Below are positions 41,809 to 56,284 of a DNA stretch of 64,000 nt, piece after piece (the first letter of the stretch is position 1; every line of letters starts with the position of its first letter). A program made the translations under genes and the position numbers. The stretch comes from Lingula anatina. Its lineage: Eukaryota > Animalia > Brachiopoda. Location: NCBI GenBank assembly GCA_051362555.1, contig JBPQGU010000016.1:682001-746000 (forward strand). The letters run 5' to 3'. The notes beneath the pieces were generated by a model, which was given only the letters and a program-made list of their open reading frames with translations, made no database searches and was not told the DNA's origin.

Positions 41809-44800
41809 CAGACTGTGCTTGTCAATAGGGCTTTCGATACCTTTCTTCCCGGTCGTCAAGGCATCCGTATCCAAGGATACTGGCGTGGATATTGGCGTGT
41901 CACGCGGATTCTCGCGTTCATTCGAGACCAAATGACATCTGGCGGGATAAGATATAGCAGGCGCATGATGCAATCCTCAGACGTAAGTTGCGAGTTTTTG
42001 TACAGTGCGTCGGATAACAAAAGGCCCAGAACGGCACACATTGTTGATATAAATGCATTTTGAGCAATAAGACGATTATTTCGTATGAATCTTATTTTAT
42101 TGTAATAAAGTGTTGTTGTTGTCTGCTTTTCCCGCGGTTTTAAGTAGGTCACCAGAAAACCCAGCTCAATATCGCATGACTATGCAATGTCAGATAGGGC
42201 CCCGTCAGTTAAAATCCCTTAAGAGATTTTAACAAAAAACCAAGCTTTTAGGAAAAAACCCTAGACTAACTTTGAATGCAGGAATGGGGTTGTTGATCAT
42301 TGGTAAGTACGGGAAAATTGCCGTTTACTCCAGGAAATCCAATTTTTGGCCAAAACGAAGAGTTATTATGACTTTAAATATTATCATAAGTGATATTTGG
42401 GTATCACTATATTTACAAACCACTGCATATGTATTTGAATAACCTGTAGATATATTATCTAATCACTGCACAACAGAGAACTCATATGCTAACATTCTTA
42501 TCGTTTTTGTCCTTACAATTAGGCCAACAAATACCTGCTGAATAAATTATGTTTGAGCATGTCAAAACATTCATTCTGTATTCTGGATTAATCTTTGACA
42601 ACATATTTCCGTTGAATACATATGCACCTGTAGGGAGTTTAAATTAGAAGATATTAACTTATCTTCTTAGATAATAAAAAATACACCTTGCCATATTGTC
42701 ACAACAAAAATAAATTGGGTCGAATTTGCTAATTTGAGCTAACGTCGTAAGTGCAGGCTTTTAGGGAGAAAATTTTGACGTTGGTTTCAAATAGATCTTC
42801 CTCACCTTACAGCGATCAACATAGTTTAAACGCCTATCGTACAGAAACAGCAGTAGTACGACCTGGTACCAGGGAAGGTACTCAAAAAGCTTGAATTTAA
42901 TTTTTTTCTTTGAAACATTGTAATTAGGGGCTCATACCTCCAATAGAAAACAATTAACCAAATGTTGGATCCGGGTTGCAGTTTAAACCACACTGGTAGA
43001 CATTAACTATGATAACGTTCATGATAATTATTTACTGAGTCACAGAGTTACATCAAAAAACAATCACTGCCATATACCTATTCACAAAGCAAGAAAGTTG
43101 ACAATAAATGCTTGGCCAACCAATCTTCAAAAGGGATTGAGGCGGTATATAAAACTACAAAATAGGAGTAGTGTTCATTTTATTGCGCTTGTATTAAGAT
43201 AAGTATTTTACATCAATGAAACCGGGAAAAAAGCCACTAACGGGGTTTTTATAAGAGCCTTCCGGCACTTTCCGATTCAAAGGTTCGCCTTTGATACGAT
43301 GTGGGGTTCATGGCAGACAATATTATTTATAACAATAATGCAAAAATATGGGAAACCTTCTTTTTAGATAAATGAGACTATTGTACCAAAAATACTGTAT
43401 TGCCGTAGAAAAGAAATTGGCTAGTTCTCGGAAGTTAAACAATGAAATGAAATCTCTAACATCAATATGATGGGGGACGATATTTAATTCCCTTCATGTA
43501 TCAACGGCCGCATCACAAGGTTGTATATCAAAATAGATGCACAAAGCTGACACAAATATGATAATCTAATCAAACCTTAAACCTACTTTAATTACCCCTT
43601 TGCTTACTAGCGTATAAGTAGATAACAGAAAATAGATGCTTTTGAAAAGACTAATTGAAAACTTGATACTACGCACGTTTTGTTGACAACTAAGCGGTAT
43701 CTCTCACAAACCAAAATTGTCCTTCCTGGTTGACGAAGCGAGTACACCACGAACACGAAACAATATGTAAAATATCAACTCACGTGAGTCTAACATAAGT
43801 GGGTGCACATCGTTTGGGGTCCAAATTCCATACCGGAAGTCCTCAAAGAAGCACTTGTTTATATGCGCTATGAATATACTGTACAGCTAAAGCAATGATG
43901 ACGAGTCTAATAGCTGCTTCAGTTGTGGCTTGTCATGGTAATATTTGGAAAACATGAGAAAGATAGAAAGGTTGATGGTCAACTGCGTTTTTTTTAATTC
44001 TGAAAGAAAGGTTTTTGAAGCTAGAAGATACACTTTCTGCTATTTCCGACTTACATACATGCGTTATATATACTAAATCACGTTCGGTTGTCGCCTTGAT
44101 TGTCACCTTGAAATCAATTGTTCTAAAATTAAAAAGTTAACAGATATCTCACTCCATTTGCAAAAGGTAATTTCAGTGGTAACTACAGGCGTCCTCACGG
44201 CAACGCTCGCTTGTTCACAGTTAAAAAATACGATCTTGTTGCCTGAAATTTGAAGACAAATGAAACACACTATCTATCTCTGATGTAACAAGTAACATAG
44301 ATACGTAATTCCTGTCTTTTTTTAATTCTTATTATACAAATGTAGGTGAAGGTTATATACATAATCAGATGATAAGCAATGTGCAGATTGCAACGATATT
44401 GCAAGTTTTGATGTAATTTTGGAGGAAATTGGTATTCAGGATTTAATGTTCAAAAACAATTACTTACTTTCACTTTCAATCAAAATGTTGTTTTGCAGAA
44501 TTCAGGAAAATGAGATGGCCATAAGTCGCAAGGACAACACATTGACCTGAGCCAAAATCAATATATATGCAGTATATAAAATTCAACAATTTCCCCTTAA
44601 CCACTTACATTTAGGTAAATTTTTAACAAACTTGAGGAAGATGGTAAATGAAAATATTTGAATATTCTTGAATTTGTAATTTTTCAAAAATATATACATT
44701 ATACAATTTATGTAGCCAATAGCATTTTAGTAGCCAAACGTTCACAAGCACAACGAAGCTCAGTGTTTGCTCAAAATCAAAAAAGGAATGTCCTTAAGAC

Positions 44801-46121
44801 TGAAAATTTTCATTAATTTAAATGAAGAAACGTAATACGATACGAAGTTACAAGATGGGAGAAAGTAACAATATCAAATTAAATGAACACACATACAAGT
44901 ACATCCACCATAGAATGGAGCAAGAAGTTTGGCGAAAGGGCAAAATAAAGACCGACTGATAAGGGATGGTGTCGGTTAAAATTAAAATTGAAATAATATT
45001 ATAAAGTTAGTGATCATCAGGTGAAACTGATAAAACAGTTCAAATACGATAATCACTGCACAAACCGCAGCTAAAAAAAATAATAAATAAATAAATAAAT
45101 AAATAAAACACGACTGGCTTGCACCAGTATCTAAATGTCATATTCCACAATGACTAAAACCAGACGTGAGTGCCTGGATGCTGTTCCGGCCATCTAGCTG
45201 TTACTCTCTGTGTTTTCTTAATAAGCCACAGACATCCTAAACTTAAACTATATAACCCTTTAGCCCTGCCATTGCCTCCATAAACACACTTATTTACCGT
45301 AACTGCTGTTTTATATAGCCAAATGTTCACACGCACATCAAAGCTCGGATTTTGCTCTTGAAAAATCAAATAAGAAATTACTGCATATGACTGAAAATTG
45401 TCATTTATTAAAATAGAGAAATGTAATATAATACGAAGTTACAAAATGGGAGATATTATCACACATGCGTCCCCCATACAATAAAGCAAAAAGTTGGCGT
45501 AAGAGCTAAATACTGGTGATGCATGACCACAAGCTGTGAGAGAAGGTCACATCCCCTCCAATGTTTCCATTACAAATATGTCAATGCAATTGACAGTTAT
45601 GTGCAGCGTTTTAGATATACCCCTATGCTATATTTAAAGGATGCATTCTTACTCTAACCTTAACTAAAAAAATGACTTGCATAATAACACAATGTTGAAA
45701 ACAATGACCATAAAAACATAAAATGTCTCGAAAACTAACAATCAGTTAACAAACTTTGATTGTATACTATTTGTCATTCCAGGCAATAACGGGTGACGTT
45801 ACAAAAAACTATGCTCAATCAAAATTTGTTCAAAGATTAACTATTTTAGATAAGATACGTTCAATCGTATCTCTGTAAAAAACATTATCGTGGTATGATG
45901 GAAATTAAGTATTAAATTTTGTACATCATGTTAACATCCTACAGAATATAATTTATGTAAAGGTAAAGCAATGGTAGTCTGTGATAAAGGTATTCTCTTG
46001 GCATGACAAAATTGAAACAAAATATAACATCAACTCATTTGATGCAGGACGGTGACATATGCTTTACTGTACATAGTTCAGTTAGCTTAGGCGGTCATGC
46101 AATTAAAAACAGTTCGTGTAA

Positions 46122-49100
46122 TCAATAACATAGAACGCCAGCGTCTTCACCGTGATTACAGTTTTCAATTCCCCAACCGCTGTGACTACACGATCCAATG
46201 TTGGATTCGGAGCCTGTGCAGCCGACATCATCCAACCATATGGTTCCACTACCTTGTCCGAAATACGCTTCTCGTACGGCAACTGCGTTGGAATAGGGAA
46301 GATTTAACGACTTGCAGAAAACTTGGGCATCAGTGTTATCCCAGCTGTCATCGCACACTGTTCCCCAGACTCTATTATGATACACTTCAACTCTGCCACC
46401 ATACTTTCCATTGATATTTATTCCAACAAGACGGTACGGGTGACGGTGCAGCAAAGCTGGAATGTTCAATCAAAACCTTGTCAAAGAGCAAGTATTTCAA
46501 TTATGACCATTCGCGTGTTTGTATTTGAGAGAGCCATATTCTGTCATGGAATAACTGAAATATAGTTTTAAAATTTTACAGCATGTTTACATTTAGAATT
46601 CACTCACATTTTATGTTATTTACAACAACACTTATTCCCGTTTTACCTACAGTTTAGTAAAACAGATAATATCAACAAACAATTTCATGACGCGGCATCA
46701 ACCTGATTCACAATCCCTGCCGATGTATCCAGAAGGACAGCTGCAATAATAGGTGTTAGCATAACTCCTGCAGGTGGCGCCATTTTGGCAGGGACGGCTG
46801 CGACATTGATATCCTTCTGTAATACAAATAGCAAAAAATCGTATCGTGTTAAATATGATATCAATGTTATCAGTGAGATGAAATCGATTATGACTATGCC
46901 TCCCTAAATAACGCTCCAGATTTACCCTGTAATTTTAATCAAAACGGTATATAATCCGTTTATGTGAGAACGTACCAGAACATACTCTCTAGATCACAAT
47001 AAGAATCAATTTTAACATATTGTTTGTCATCCTATATTAATTATTTAATCTCACCCTGGCAATTTGACCCTTGGTACCCAGTAGGACACAAACATCGATA
47101 AGAATTCACCATGTCAACACATGTCCCACCATTCTGACAAGGACGACTGGAACATTCACTGATTTCTACAATAAGAAATATGAATGGCAATATATGGTAA
47201 AATGAGCAGAGTCATTGTACATTGACTTATAAAGTAGTAACATATATTTGGTTAATTTCAGGAATTATTCAATACTTACAGAAACAACATTCCATCCAAA
47301 TAATGCAGGTGACTTATATCAAATTGCTATTATAAAATATTTGCTATTCTCCTTTAAAAACGGTCGTTAATATAATACAAATTGACCTGATATATTGTAA
47401 GTTCTAACTTACAGGGGGTATAATTCTGCGTGTTTTTATTAAATTCTGCATGATTTTTAACTATAATATCATACCAAGGTGGCAGTATGTTCCAGTAAAA
47501 CCACGTGGGCAACTGCAGTGAAATCCGCCATAACTGTTTCTACAGGTTGCGCCAAGGGTACATGGGGTACTTAAGCATTCATTTATATCTGGAAAGAAAC
47601 AAAATAAATTTGCACCAAAGACTTTACTTTGAAGTTTACATCAGTTAAACTTTTATCACCTTTATTTTACATCATTCATGTGTTACTTGGAATTAGGCAC
47701 CTTTTCTGTTGAATGCATTGACAAGATATGAGTTTTTAATATTTTTGAAAGAAAGCCAACAATAACATATGGTATAATTCGGGACCAGAGTTCAAATAAC
47801 GTTTATGGAAATTTGTGTTAACTGTGACATCGACTATCACATATTTTTCTCCAAATGAGTACTAGGCCTACTGCATGGGTATAGTGTAAATTGTGATGCA
47901 ACAAGCAATAAGTTGTGTACATGAAGACTTACTACCCTCTAGCAGGATGGCAGATATTAAGGCACATTTTCCACATTTCTGACAAAGAACAAAAGGACCG
48001 TCTTTTTATCTAAAGACATATATGTGAATATCTTATGAAAAATCAATCTGTCAACCTGTTAGAGAGTACAGACTTACCGTCTTCGCACCTTGGCCCATGG
48101 AAACCGGAAGTACAAGAACACAGAAACGAAGCTGCCAGGTTTACACACGAGGCACCATTTTTGCAGGGTAGGCTAAGACAATGGTTGGTCACTTTGGAAA
48201 TATATAGTTAAACATGATTAGATCTCGTAACAGAAATATCTTGCTTACAATGCAGTTACACTCATAATACACGGGATAAATATGTGAGTTATGGAATGCG
48301 TGAAAAATTACGTATTATTTCTAGACAGTAATTTGTCGATTTCTTTATTTTTTGCTGAAACATTCTATAACACCGTTTGAGATAATGAACAGTACATGTA
48401 ACAATTTATCCATTTTTCAAATATTTCCCAATTTATAACTTTCATTACCATTAGATGTTATCACCATTTGCCAAAATATCTTTTTTTTCTGCCTTATATA
48501 CATTATTTTGGGCAATAAATAAATCTTCATTTTTCACTGACTAAATTAATTAACATTTACACATGTCATCTTACGGCTGAGCTCATTATTGCGATATTGG
48601 TGTAAAAACTGCAAAAAAATCGATTTCTCAAATTCCTCTTTTACCTGATCACCCACAATCACCGTTTTAACGCCGATTTAATGGCACCATTTAGTTCTCC
48701 AAATCCCTGCCAGCGATTTTTCTTAAAAGTATTAGTTCAGATTTTATCGTTGATAAAGCAAAGTTGTGCCTTTGTTGAATGGAAATATGTAAAAAGGGGC
48801 TCATAACAGAAATATCTAAATCAAAATGATGACACGGCATTTTAGCCTATAAACGCCTGGTCAACTATGCAAATTTTTGTGATATAATCTTGTTCGGAGA
48901 TGAAGTCATGCCCCATACGGTTTGCTATCCCACCTCAAAATAAAAATAAAGGTGTTAAATTGACGATTAAAGCTTTAAGTTGCTTTGAGCTGAGTACCTG
49001 TATACTTACATGTATACTATTGCAACAAATATATAAACATCGATATTTGATATTTTGAGGATTTTTTCATTATTTAAAATCAGCACGAAGATAGATGCAT

Positions 49101-52100
49101 TATTGAATAATAAGATGCAGGAAAGAACTCATTCTCGGTATCTGGATAATAATAAAGGGTAACAATATCCTTCAATTATGATTTTACTTGAACCTTTTCT
49201 ATACTAAATAGTCGTTTTTGTGTTAGATCATCGCAAGAATATAAGAAATTTTTCAATAGCTTGATCAGTTAACTGGATTTAACGACAGCCATAGCTGTAG
49301 TTCTTACTTGTTTCACAATTTCGACCCGTATATCCAGACGGACAGCTGCACAAATACGTCTCAGATTGATTCCTGCAGGCTGCACCATTTCGGCAAGGCT
49401 GGCTGCGACAGGGATCTCTTGCTGTAACATAAATTTAACTTGAAATAACTTGAATCACCTCGTTCTTTTTCACAAAGACAATGGAAACACCTGCTCGCAA
49501 ACAATAAATCCAGGAACGTGGCCAAACACACACACACACACACACTGGTTTGTTCAATGTGATGTTTGAAATAGGATCCAGTTAATGCTGACCCATAAAG
49601 TTCTGCTGTGCCCAATTAATTCTGTGAGCTAACCTTGAAAAGCCTGGTCACTTCAGTAAATTGGCCATGATTTATTTGCTTGCCTTTATTACCCATACAA
49701 AGTATACATTTTTAAAAAGCCAATATTTCAAGCTAAATGAAAATAGAATTTAATTTAAATTCAACGTGCAGTATCAAGAGTTATGACCAGTTAAAAACTA
49801 CATTTTGATTTGGTAATGGGTGAAATAAAACAAAGTTGATTTATCTTATGCACATCAATTTTTTATTTCTCCATACATTTGCCTGAAAATTCACAGAGAT
49901 GATGTCAATTATAGTAACTTTCAATCCAGGAAATTTCAGCAAGTTATCTCTATTAATTTCCAAGTTATGCTCGTTTTGCTATCAGGTATACCTACTTGAG
50001 CCAGCTTTTCAGCTCACCTGAACTTCGTGGCCAGAGCTGAATAGAAGTCAAATTTTAACACCATCTATGACAAAAACATCTTTAAAACTTATATCATGAA
50101 TAAAGGAACATCATCCCCACTGTCTATATCACTGTCACTCGAAAACTCCTGATCAGTGTCGTAGTTTTCAATAATTTCAATAACAGTATCCATTCGCAGG
50201 CCCCTTCCGTAGTGAGAAGTCGCCATTTTGATTTTACTTTCTCCAGCTAAGTCTAGAAAATCGTCGATTTCTCGCTCATATATATTTCTATCGTCCTTTA
50301 TATCATAAATAAATGAATATCATCGGCACTGTCTATGTCACTGTCACACGAAAACTTCTCATCAAAGTCCGGGTTTTCAATCATTTCAATAACAGTATCC
50401 CTTCGCAGGTCCCTACCGTAGCGAGGAGCCGCCATTTTGATTTTACTTTCTCCAACTAAGTCTTGAAAATTGCCGTTTTCTCGCTCATATATATTTTTAT
50501 CGCCTTTAAAAATGGTGGCAATGAGAGACAAGAAACATACCCGGATGTTAAACTATATTTCATTTTATGACTCACGATACAAAATAGTACAGAAGACGAT
50601 CTTTCCAAGATACGCACATATGCGGTTCTGGGCTTTTGGGGTAAGCGATAATTGAACCGCACATATATGCGGTGACGGGCTCTATGGGGTTAAAACCTAC
50701 CCTGGCAGTCTGCCCCGTAGTACCCGGCAGAACACAAACATTGATAAGAATTCATCATGTCAACACATGTTCCGCCATTCTGACAAGGACGACTGGAACA
50801 TTCACTGACTTCTGCAATTGCATAATACATGTTTCAGTAAAAATAAATCAAAATGATTAAGGTTTTCTCCACGGGCTGGAGAATCTTCCACAGTCATTTA
50901 TATCCTGCAAAGCTTCTTATATTTCCCAATCCAGACCTTAAAGACGATAAAACCCTCAAGGATAAAGTACCTAATGTCGTTATTATCTTTCTAGCCTCCT
51001 AGACTGTCTTCTAATGTTGCTCTCATCGTTTGATTTACACACGGCAAAGGGTTGCTATTCAAAGCACATGCTCGTAAAGACAGACGTCGTTCAACTGACC
51101 GCAAGTCAATCACAATTAACGTAATGGTTTTAAAAAGGAATACTACATCTAATACTAGTGGAGGGACGTGTAGAGCAATAATTCTTTAGTAGGAGATAGC
51201 AGGAAATCACGTGAAGAGTACCTTTAAGTATACGTAGAAAAAGAAGCAGAAAGGAAATAGCTAACAAACAGCACAGAAGACTCTGTTAATTTTGGAATTC
51301 AGTATTAGAGATAACAATGTCTACATTTCATAAGTACTTGCTCTTTTTCGTTTTCATTTATCAGTATGATATTTGTCTTAATTAAAGTATAATACCAAGT
51401 TGACATAATTTGCCGGAAAGACCAGGAGGACAAATGCAGTCAAAACCATCATGGGTCTTTCGACAGGTGGCGCCTCCGGCACATGGGTTGTTCAAGCATC
51501 CATTCATATCTGGAAATGAACGGGTATATATTTGTAAATTATCAAATATTCTGTCAATTTTCATGGTACAAAGTTCTTTATTTTAATCCAGTGCATAGCT
51601 ATATTTTAACGATCTTCTTTATACCTGTACAATTACAAAATGACGGGTGTTGTACCCACCGTTTTCTCACCAAATGTACATTATGCCTTGATAACTGGAA
51701 GATATGCACCAAAACAAGGCAAATAGTTCTCGCACGTGGTACCGTTTTAATAAAACTTCCCAAACCAACGATTGGTCAATATGATAAATATCTGCGGTCA
51801 AGCTCCCTTACTCGGCCACGCCAAAGCTTTGGAATAATATATGGTAGATAGTAATCAAATAAAGTTTGGAGTTTCACATGATTGACAGAATCCTCTATAT
51901 GTTTATCAAATTCATAAAACATTTTCAATGTATTTGTCTTCCGTCTTTTATTTTCTATTTGACCTATTGTTAACAGAAATCAAAATTTTAAAATTATGCG
52001 TGAGTTGCTCACTTTTTTCTTCTAGGGTATGCACAAGCGACCATACAACAACAGCAAATAGTCCTGCGCATATGATTCCCACTAACACCAGTGCTATTTG

Positions 52101-53259
52101 TAACCGTCTATTGACTTTTGTCTTTGGTGGCTGTGTAATCCTGATATTGGGATCATCGGCATTGTCGGTTGGATGAGGAATCCTTAAACTCTCGTAAACA
52201 CTTGGTGTCTCTTCTGGAACTAAATTCACATCCGACGACGTCTCATATGTTGCGTTAACATAAGCGGCCATTTGACTTTGAGGGGTGGTGAATAACCTGA
52301 TTCCTAGAAATAATTTAATTATGATTTTTAAATTTAAATAAAAAAAATTAATTAAAATTACTGAATTAGTAACGTATGTTTCAAGAAGTATTTTTTCATC
52401 CATCATCAGCTAAGAGGCCATTCATAACGAGAAGAGCCGAATGCTAGCTAGGCCACGACCTAAATATGGCGGAGCTACATGAAAGGAAGACCGCTTAATC
52501 ATGTAATGGTCTCTCCGCCTCTCACACGGTTCCCCACGCGTCGTCCCTCGACCGGTTGAATTGAGCCGATATTTGATAACCATGCGCCTACAGGGACGAC
52601 GCGTGGGAGGCGTGTGAGAGGCGGGGAGACCATTACAGGATTAAGCGGTCTTACTTTCATGTAGGTCCGCCATATTTAGGTTGTGGCCTAGGTAGCAATC
52701 GACTCTTCTCATTCTGAATGGCCTCTAATATTAAAATAGTCCACCTGCTAATTTTCAATGTCTATCAAGAGCATCTTCATCAGGAAAATAGGCTACGCCT
52801 CCAACCCCCTTACTGCCATAAAAGGCAGGTATAGGTTAGTGAGGATGGCTTCAACATTTGCCGTTGAGAGAAGAAAATATAATACTTTCCCTAAAACATA
52901 ACACAGCTGATGGAATTCTTCTAGCTCTGACGTAACACAGACTGTTTTCATTATTTCACATGTAAGCTACGCATGCACTTTACAACGAACAAAAATAACC
53001 CATGCTTATTGGCACTCTGCGACGATTTGGACGTCAGATTCAAAATTAATTAAATTGACTAAAGTGGGAAGCTAATATATTTATCTTCGAAGAGTAAATA
53101 AAATACATATATCTCACAGGACAACTTTTTTCATATATACTCCCTCAACATTATTTTTATAGCTTAAATGACAAACAATTTTATAAAATCAACTCCAATT
53201 TACTCAAATTCATTATATGAAGCTTAAGTTCCTGGATGCATACCTTTTCTGTCTGCCAT
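46122..53259 (-). CDS. Copy E, type II TM + 7 EGF + SRCR receptor (about 477 aa if a cryptic donor is used)
   Basis: Exons 53259-53244, 52303-52013 (ancestral donor at 51955 is GA), b 51509-51396, c 50811-50701, d 49421-49308, a 48191-48078, b 47588-47475, c 47165-47055, d 46816-46703, SRCR 46456-46122. All are open. The first a exon (about 51660-51778) is decayed. Confidence 0.78.
50100..50693 (-). mobile_element. piggyBac-like 5' end with an internal tandem duplication of about 209-bp period
   Basis: The minus-strand terminus reads TTAA CCCCATAGAGCCCGTCACC. An acidic N-terminus ([39 protein letters not shown]) occurs twice, at about 50110-50298 and 50319-50508. Confidence 0.6.
52414..52725. 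mobile_element. Fold-back MITE (Harbinger-like, TAA TSD) in a copy E intron
   Basis: TAA|gaggccattc...gaatggcctc|TAA. Arms of about 135 bp are complementary almost to the centre. Confidence 0.85.
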
Positions 53260-56200
53260 GTAAAATTTCTTCGAAGTTGAGGAGCTGTGCTGAAATAATA
53301 AAAAAATGCCGTAGAGTCACATCTGGCAAAATCGCAGCATTTTTGAAACGGAAAAAAAATCAAAATGAGCATTTTGCATCTACGACGTAATTCACATTAT
53401 CTTTTTCAAAATCACTAAAGCGGTTTGAAAAGCATTTTATCACATGTTTACGTTTCCCTGCGTTAGTATTTTATGACGTAAGATGGCATCACGTGGCAGG
53501 GTATAAATGCAAAACAAAGGTGGCCCAAGGCATCTACTTTGTAGGGCCCCTAAAACAAGTTGTGAAAGATCAGAAAGTATGTCATTTACCGAAATTTGCT
53601 GTGACCTCTCAGTGAGGTATGAACCAAGAAACGCAATGTTATGTTGCCCTTTTCCCTATTTGTGTTGATAGTTTTATGTTCATATAAATTTACACCTGGT
53701 ACTGAAATTATAAATTGGGGGAATGGTTTAGAAGTTATGCAGGTCTGTAATTCAGCATGATGTAAGGGTCTTTTTTTGTTTTGTAAATGTCAAACAATTC
53801 CAGATTTTAGCGCGTCCGGAAAGTGAGTGGAATAGCATTACCTTTCTTCGTTGCCCGGGAGTAAGATGCTTCAAATCAATCACCGATACTAAACACCAGA
53901 CGAGAGCGATAGCGCTGGCCCAGATGACCCGGTGCTGAATTTGATGTGAGTATGATACCTGTTGTTTTAGTGGAAAGCTAGATGATGTGTAAAAGAATAA
54001 ATTACCTGTTATTTCTTAAAACTGTCTCAAAATTATGACCTTTGAATTTAAAAACGGCATAAAATAACCATAAGCGCTCGACTTTACTTTATATTGCTAA
54101 CCCGTATGTGAACCTGTTGTCTAATACCCATGCACATTAGCGAAGAGACCAGACTAGAAAGCAAACTTTCTTATCGGTTTTGTCATTTTCACGAGGTCAA
54201 AAATTGTATGCTGCAAAAATTTGTTGTTTGTACAACACGTTATTTCAACTCTTATCTCAATTATTTATCATGAGTTCTAGGTCATTCTAGACTAAATACC
54301 TTCGTTGGGAAGTTGTTATTATCGAACTGCTAAAATAAGAATTAACTTCAACCAATTATAAAAATCAGAATCATTTTCCTTTGGAGCAAGGTTTGATAAA
54401 TGTTCACAATTAAACAAATAAAGAATTAGGTATTAAAGTTCAAATGCGTCACTGAACCGGTTAAAACTGTTTAAAAGGCGTTCCTTTTAATTCCGTTGAA
54501 ATTTCAGAGTCTGATGTTGCTAGGTAAAAAGGTAAGACGTGGTGATGCTGGGTGAGAAGAGTCTGCCATGATACTATCATTTCTTTTCTCCATAAGCATA
54601 TCACTTACTTTAAGAGTCTACATTAAACCATATACATGTAGATACATTCACAAACTGCACTTTCCCCTTGATATCGCATCATAATAATTTGATATAAAGA
54701 TTCTCAACTTTAATAAGTAAAACGTCACTTGTGAACCAATCAATGTTAAATTTCAGGATAAAGATTGTTTTTTTAAAGGTTTAACAAAGAAATGGCTATA
54801 GCGCTGAAATCACTGTGATAAGAATAATCATTTTATCCACACTCACGAACATTACTTTTTAAAATTATCGTCAACATTTTAACTGTAAAATGTGGAGCAC
54901 CATAGCTGCACAGTTGTGAAATGATATTACTTATCTATGGGAGTATATAAATAAATATTCAAAATCTGGAAAACATAACTATTGTACTTACCAGTGCGTT
55001 TGCAAAGTGGTGTTTTCAAACAGCTTTTTTCTAATGTGACACTGAGCACGTTTGTTGACAACAACGCGTTCACTCCCACGCTGAAACTAAGCAGCATTAC
55101 TTCCTGGTTCACAAACGAGCACAGGATGTGACGAGAAAAATATACGACGTTGCAAAAAGTTTGCAACTAAGAGCAGCTGCTTATATTTCTAGAAACGATA
55201 TACTCGAAAATCGGAGCTATGTAAATGTAGAAGTCAGGTCCTGAATTTTTTTTCCAAGAAAAAATAGTACACCAGCAGCTTCACGGATGGCGGTCACATT
55301 TTTCACGACGAAGCCTTTCTGGTGGAGCTAAAAATCCCTTATTGCGATAGTTGAGGGGCCTTGGTGTACAACTAGATCCATGCATATAGCGACGCGTGAT
55401 GGGGCTCAATCGTTCACTTCTGTGCACCTATTTATTATCTAAATTTTCAGCATGTCCGCCTTCATCATCAAGGTATATGTTTCCCACACCGCGAAAAACA
55501 TTAATCGTAAATTTGTTAAGATTACAGCAACAGTAACAATTTTGTTTTATGAGTGAATTTTAAGAGAGATGAGAGATATGGATGTGGACAATAATAATAA
55601 TAACATAATAATAATAATACATATTATATTTTATTAATAATACCCCATCATTTCACATCAAAGTTATATACAATATACAATTTTCAAATCTAAAGATGCA
55701 ATATGTTATAGTTTCAGTAACTATACCAGATAATTTGAATTCCATTTTTTTTAATTATTATAGGATATGTATAGCATTTAACATGTTAATTTTTAAACTG
55801 TCTTTAAAACTAATAAACAGTCAACGAGCTTAACCTTTCATTTTTCATTCCAGACAATAACATGATATCTAAAGTGGATTTGGAGGAGCCCGAATGAGAC
55901 ACCTTAAAGAAGGAAGGAGCTGAAAACCAATGAGCTGGTCACTGACCAGAATATTAGGCACCTGCTAGAGCTTGGATGGCTTAGAAGGGGAGTTAAAGAA
56001 GCCATCTGGGAAAGATGAGAGAACCCGTCACTGAACTGTAAGGGAGAAATGAGATTTTTAAAAAATCAACAATGACATAACATGATTTACGTTAGGGGAA
56101 AGCAATGGACTGTAAACCTGAAGTAAAATTAGTCTCTTTGCGTGAGCAAATTTCAACAAAATATTTAAATCAACAGTTATTCATCTGAATGCAATATGAA

Positions 56201-56284
56201 ACGATGTTTTTGTTATTCGTCCGTATAAGGTTTATCAGCTAAAGTAGATGGCATATTTTAAACAGTTCATTTTATTACGTATAA

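Noticed and set aside
41779-42190. Poly(A) run next to a more GC-rich stretch with short ORFs
   Set aside because: There is no recognisable protein motif or TSD. It is probably an unclassified repeat.
2327-52176. Plus-strand ORFs overlapping TM, EGF and SRCR exons (for example 2327-2590, 46097-46414, 58667-59038)
   Set aside because: They are antisense shadows of real minus-strand exons and recur only because the exons are duplicated.
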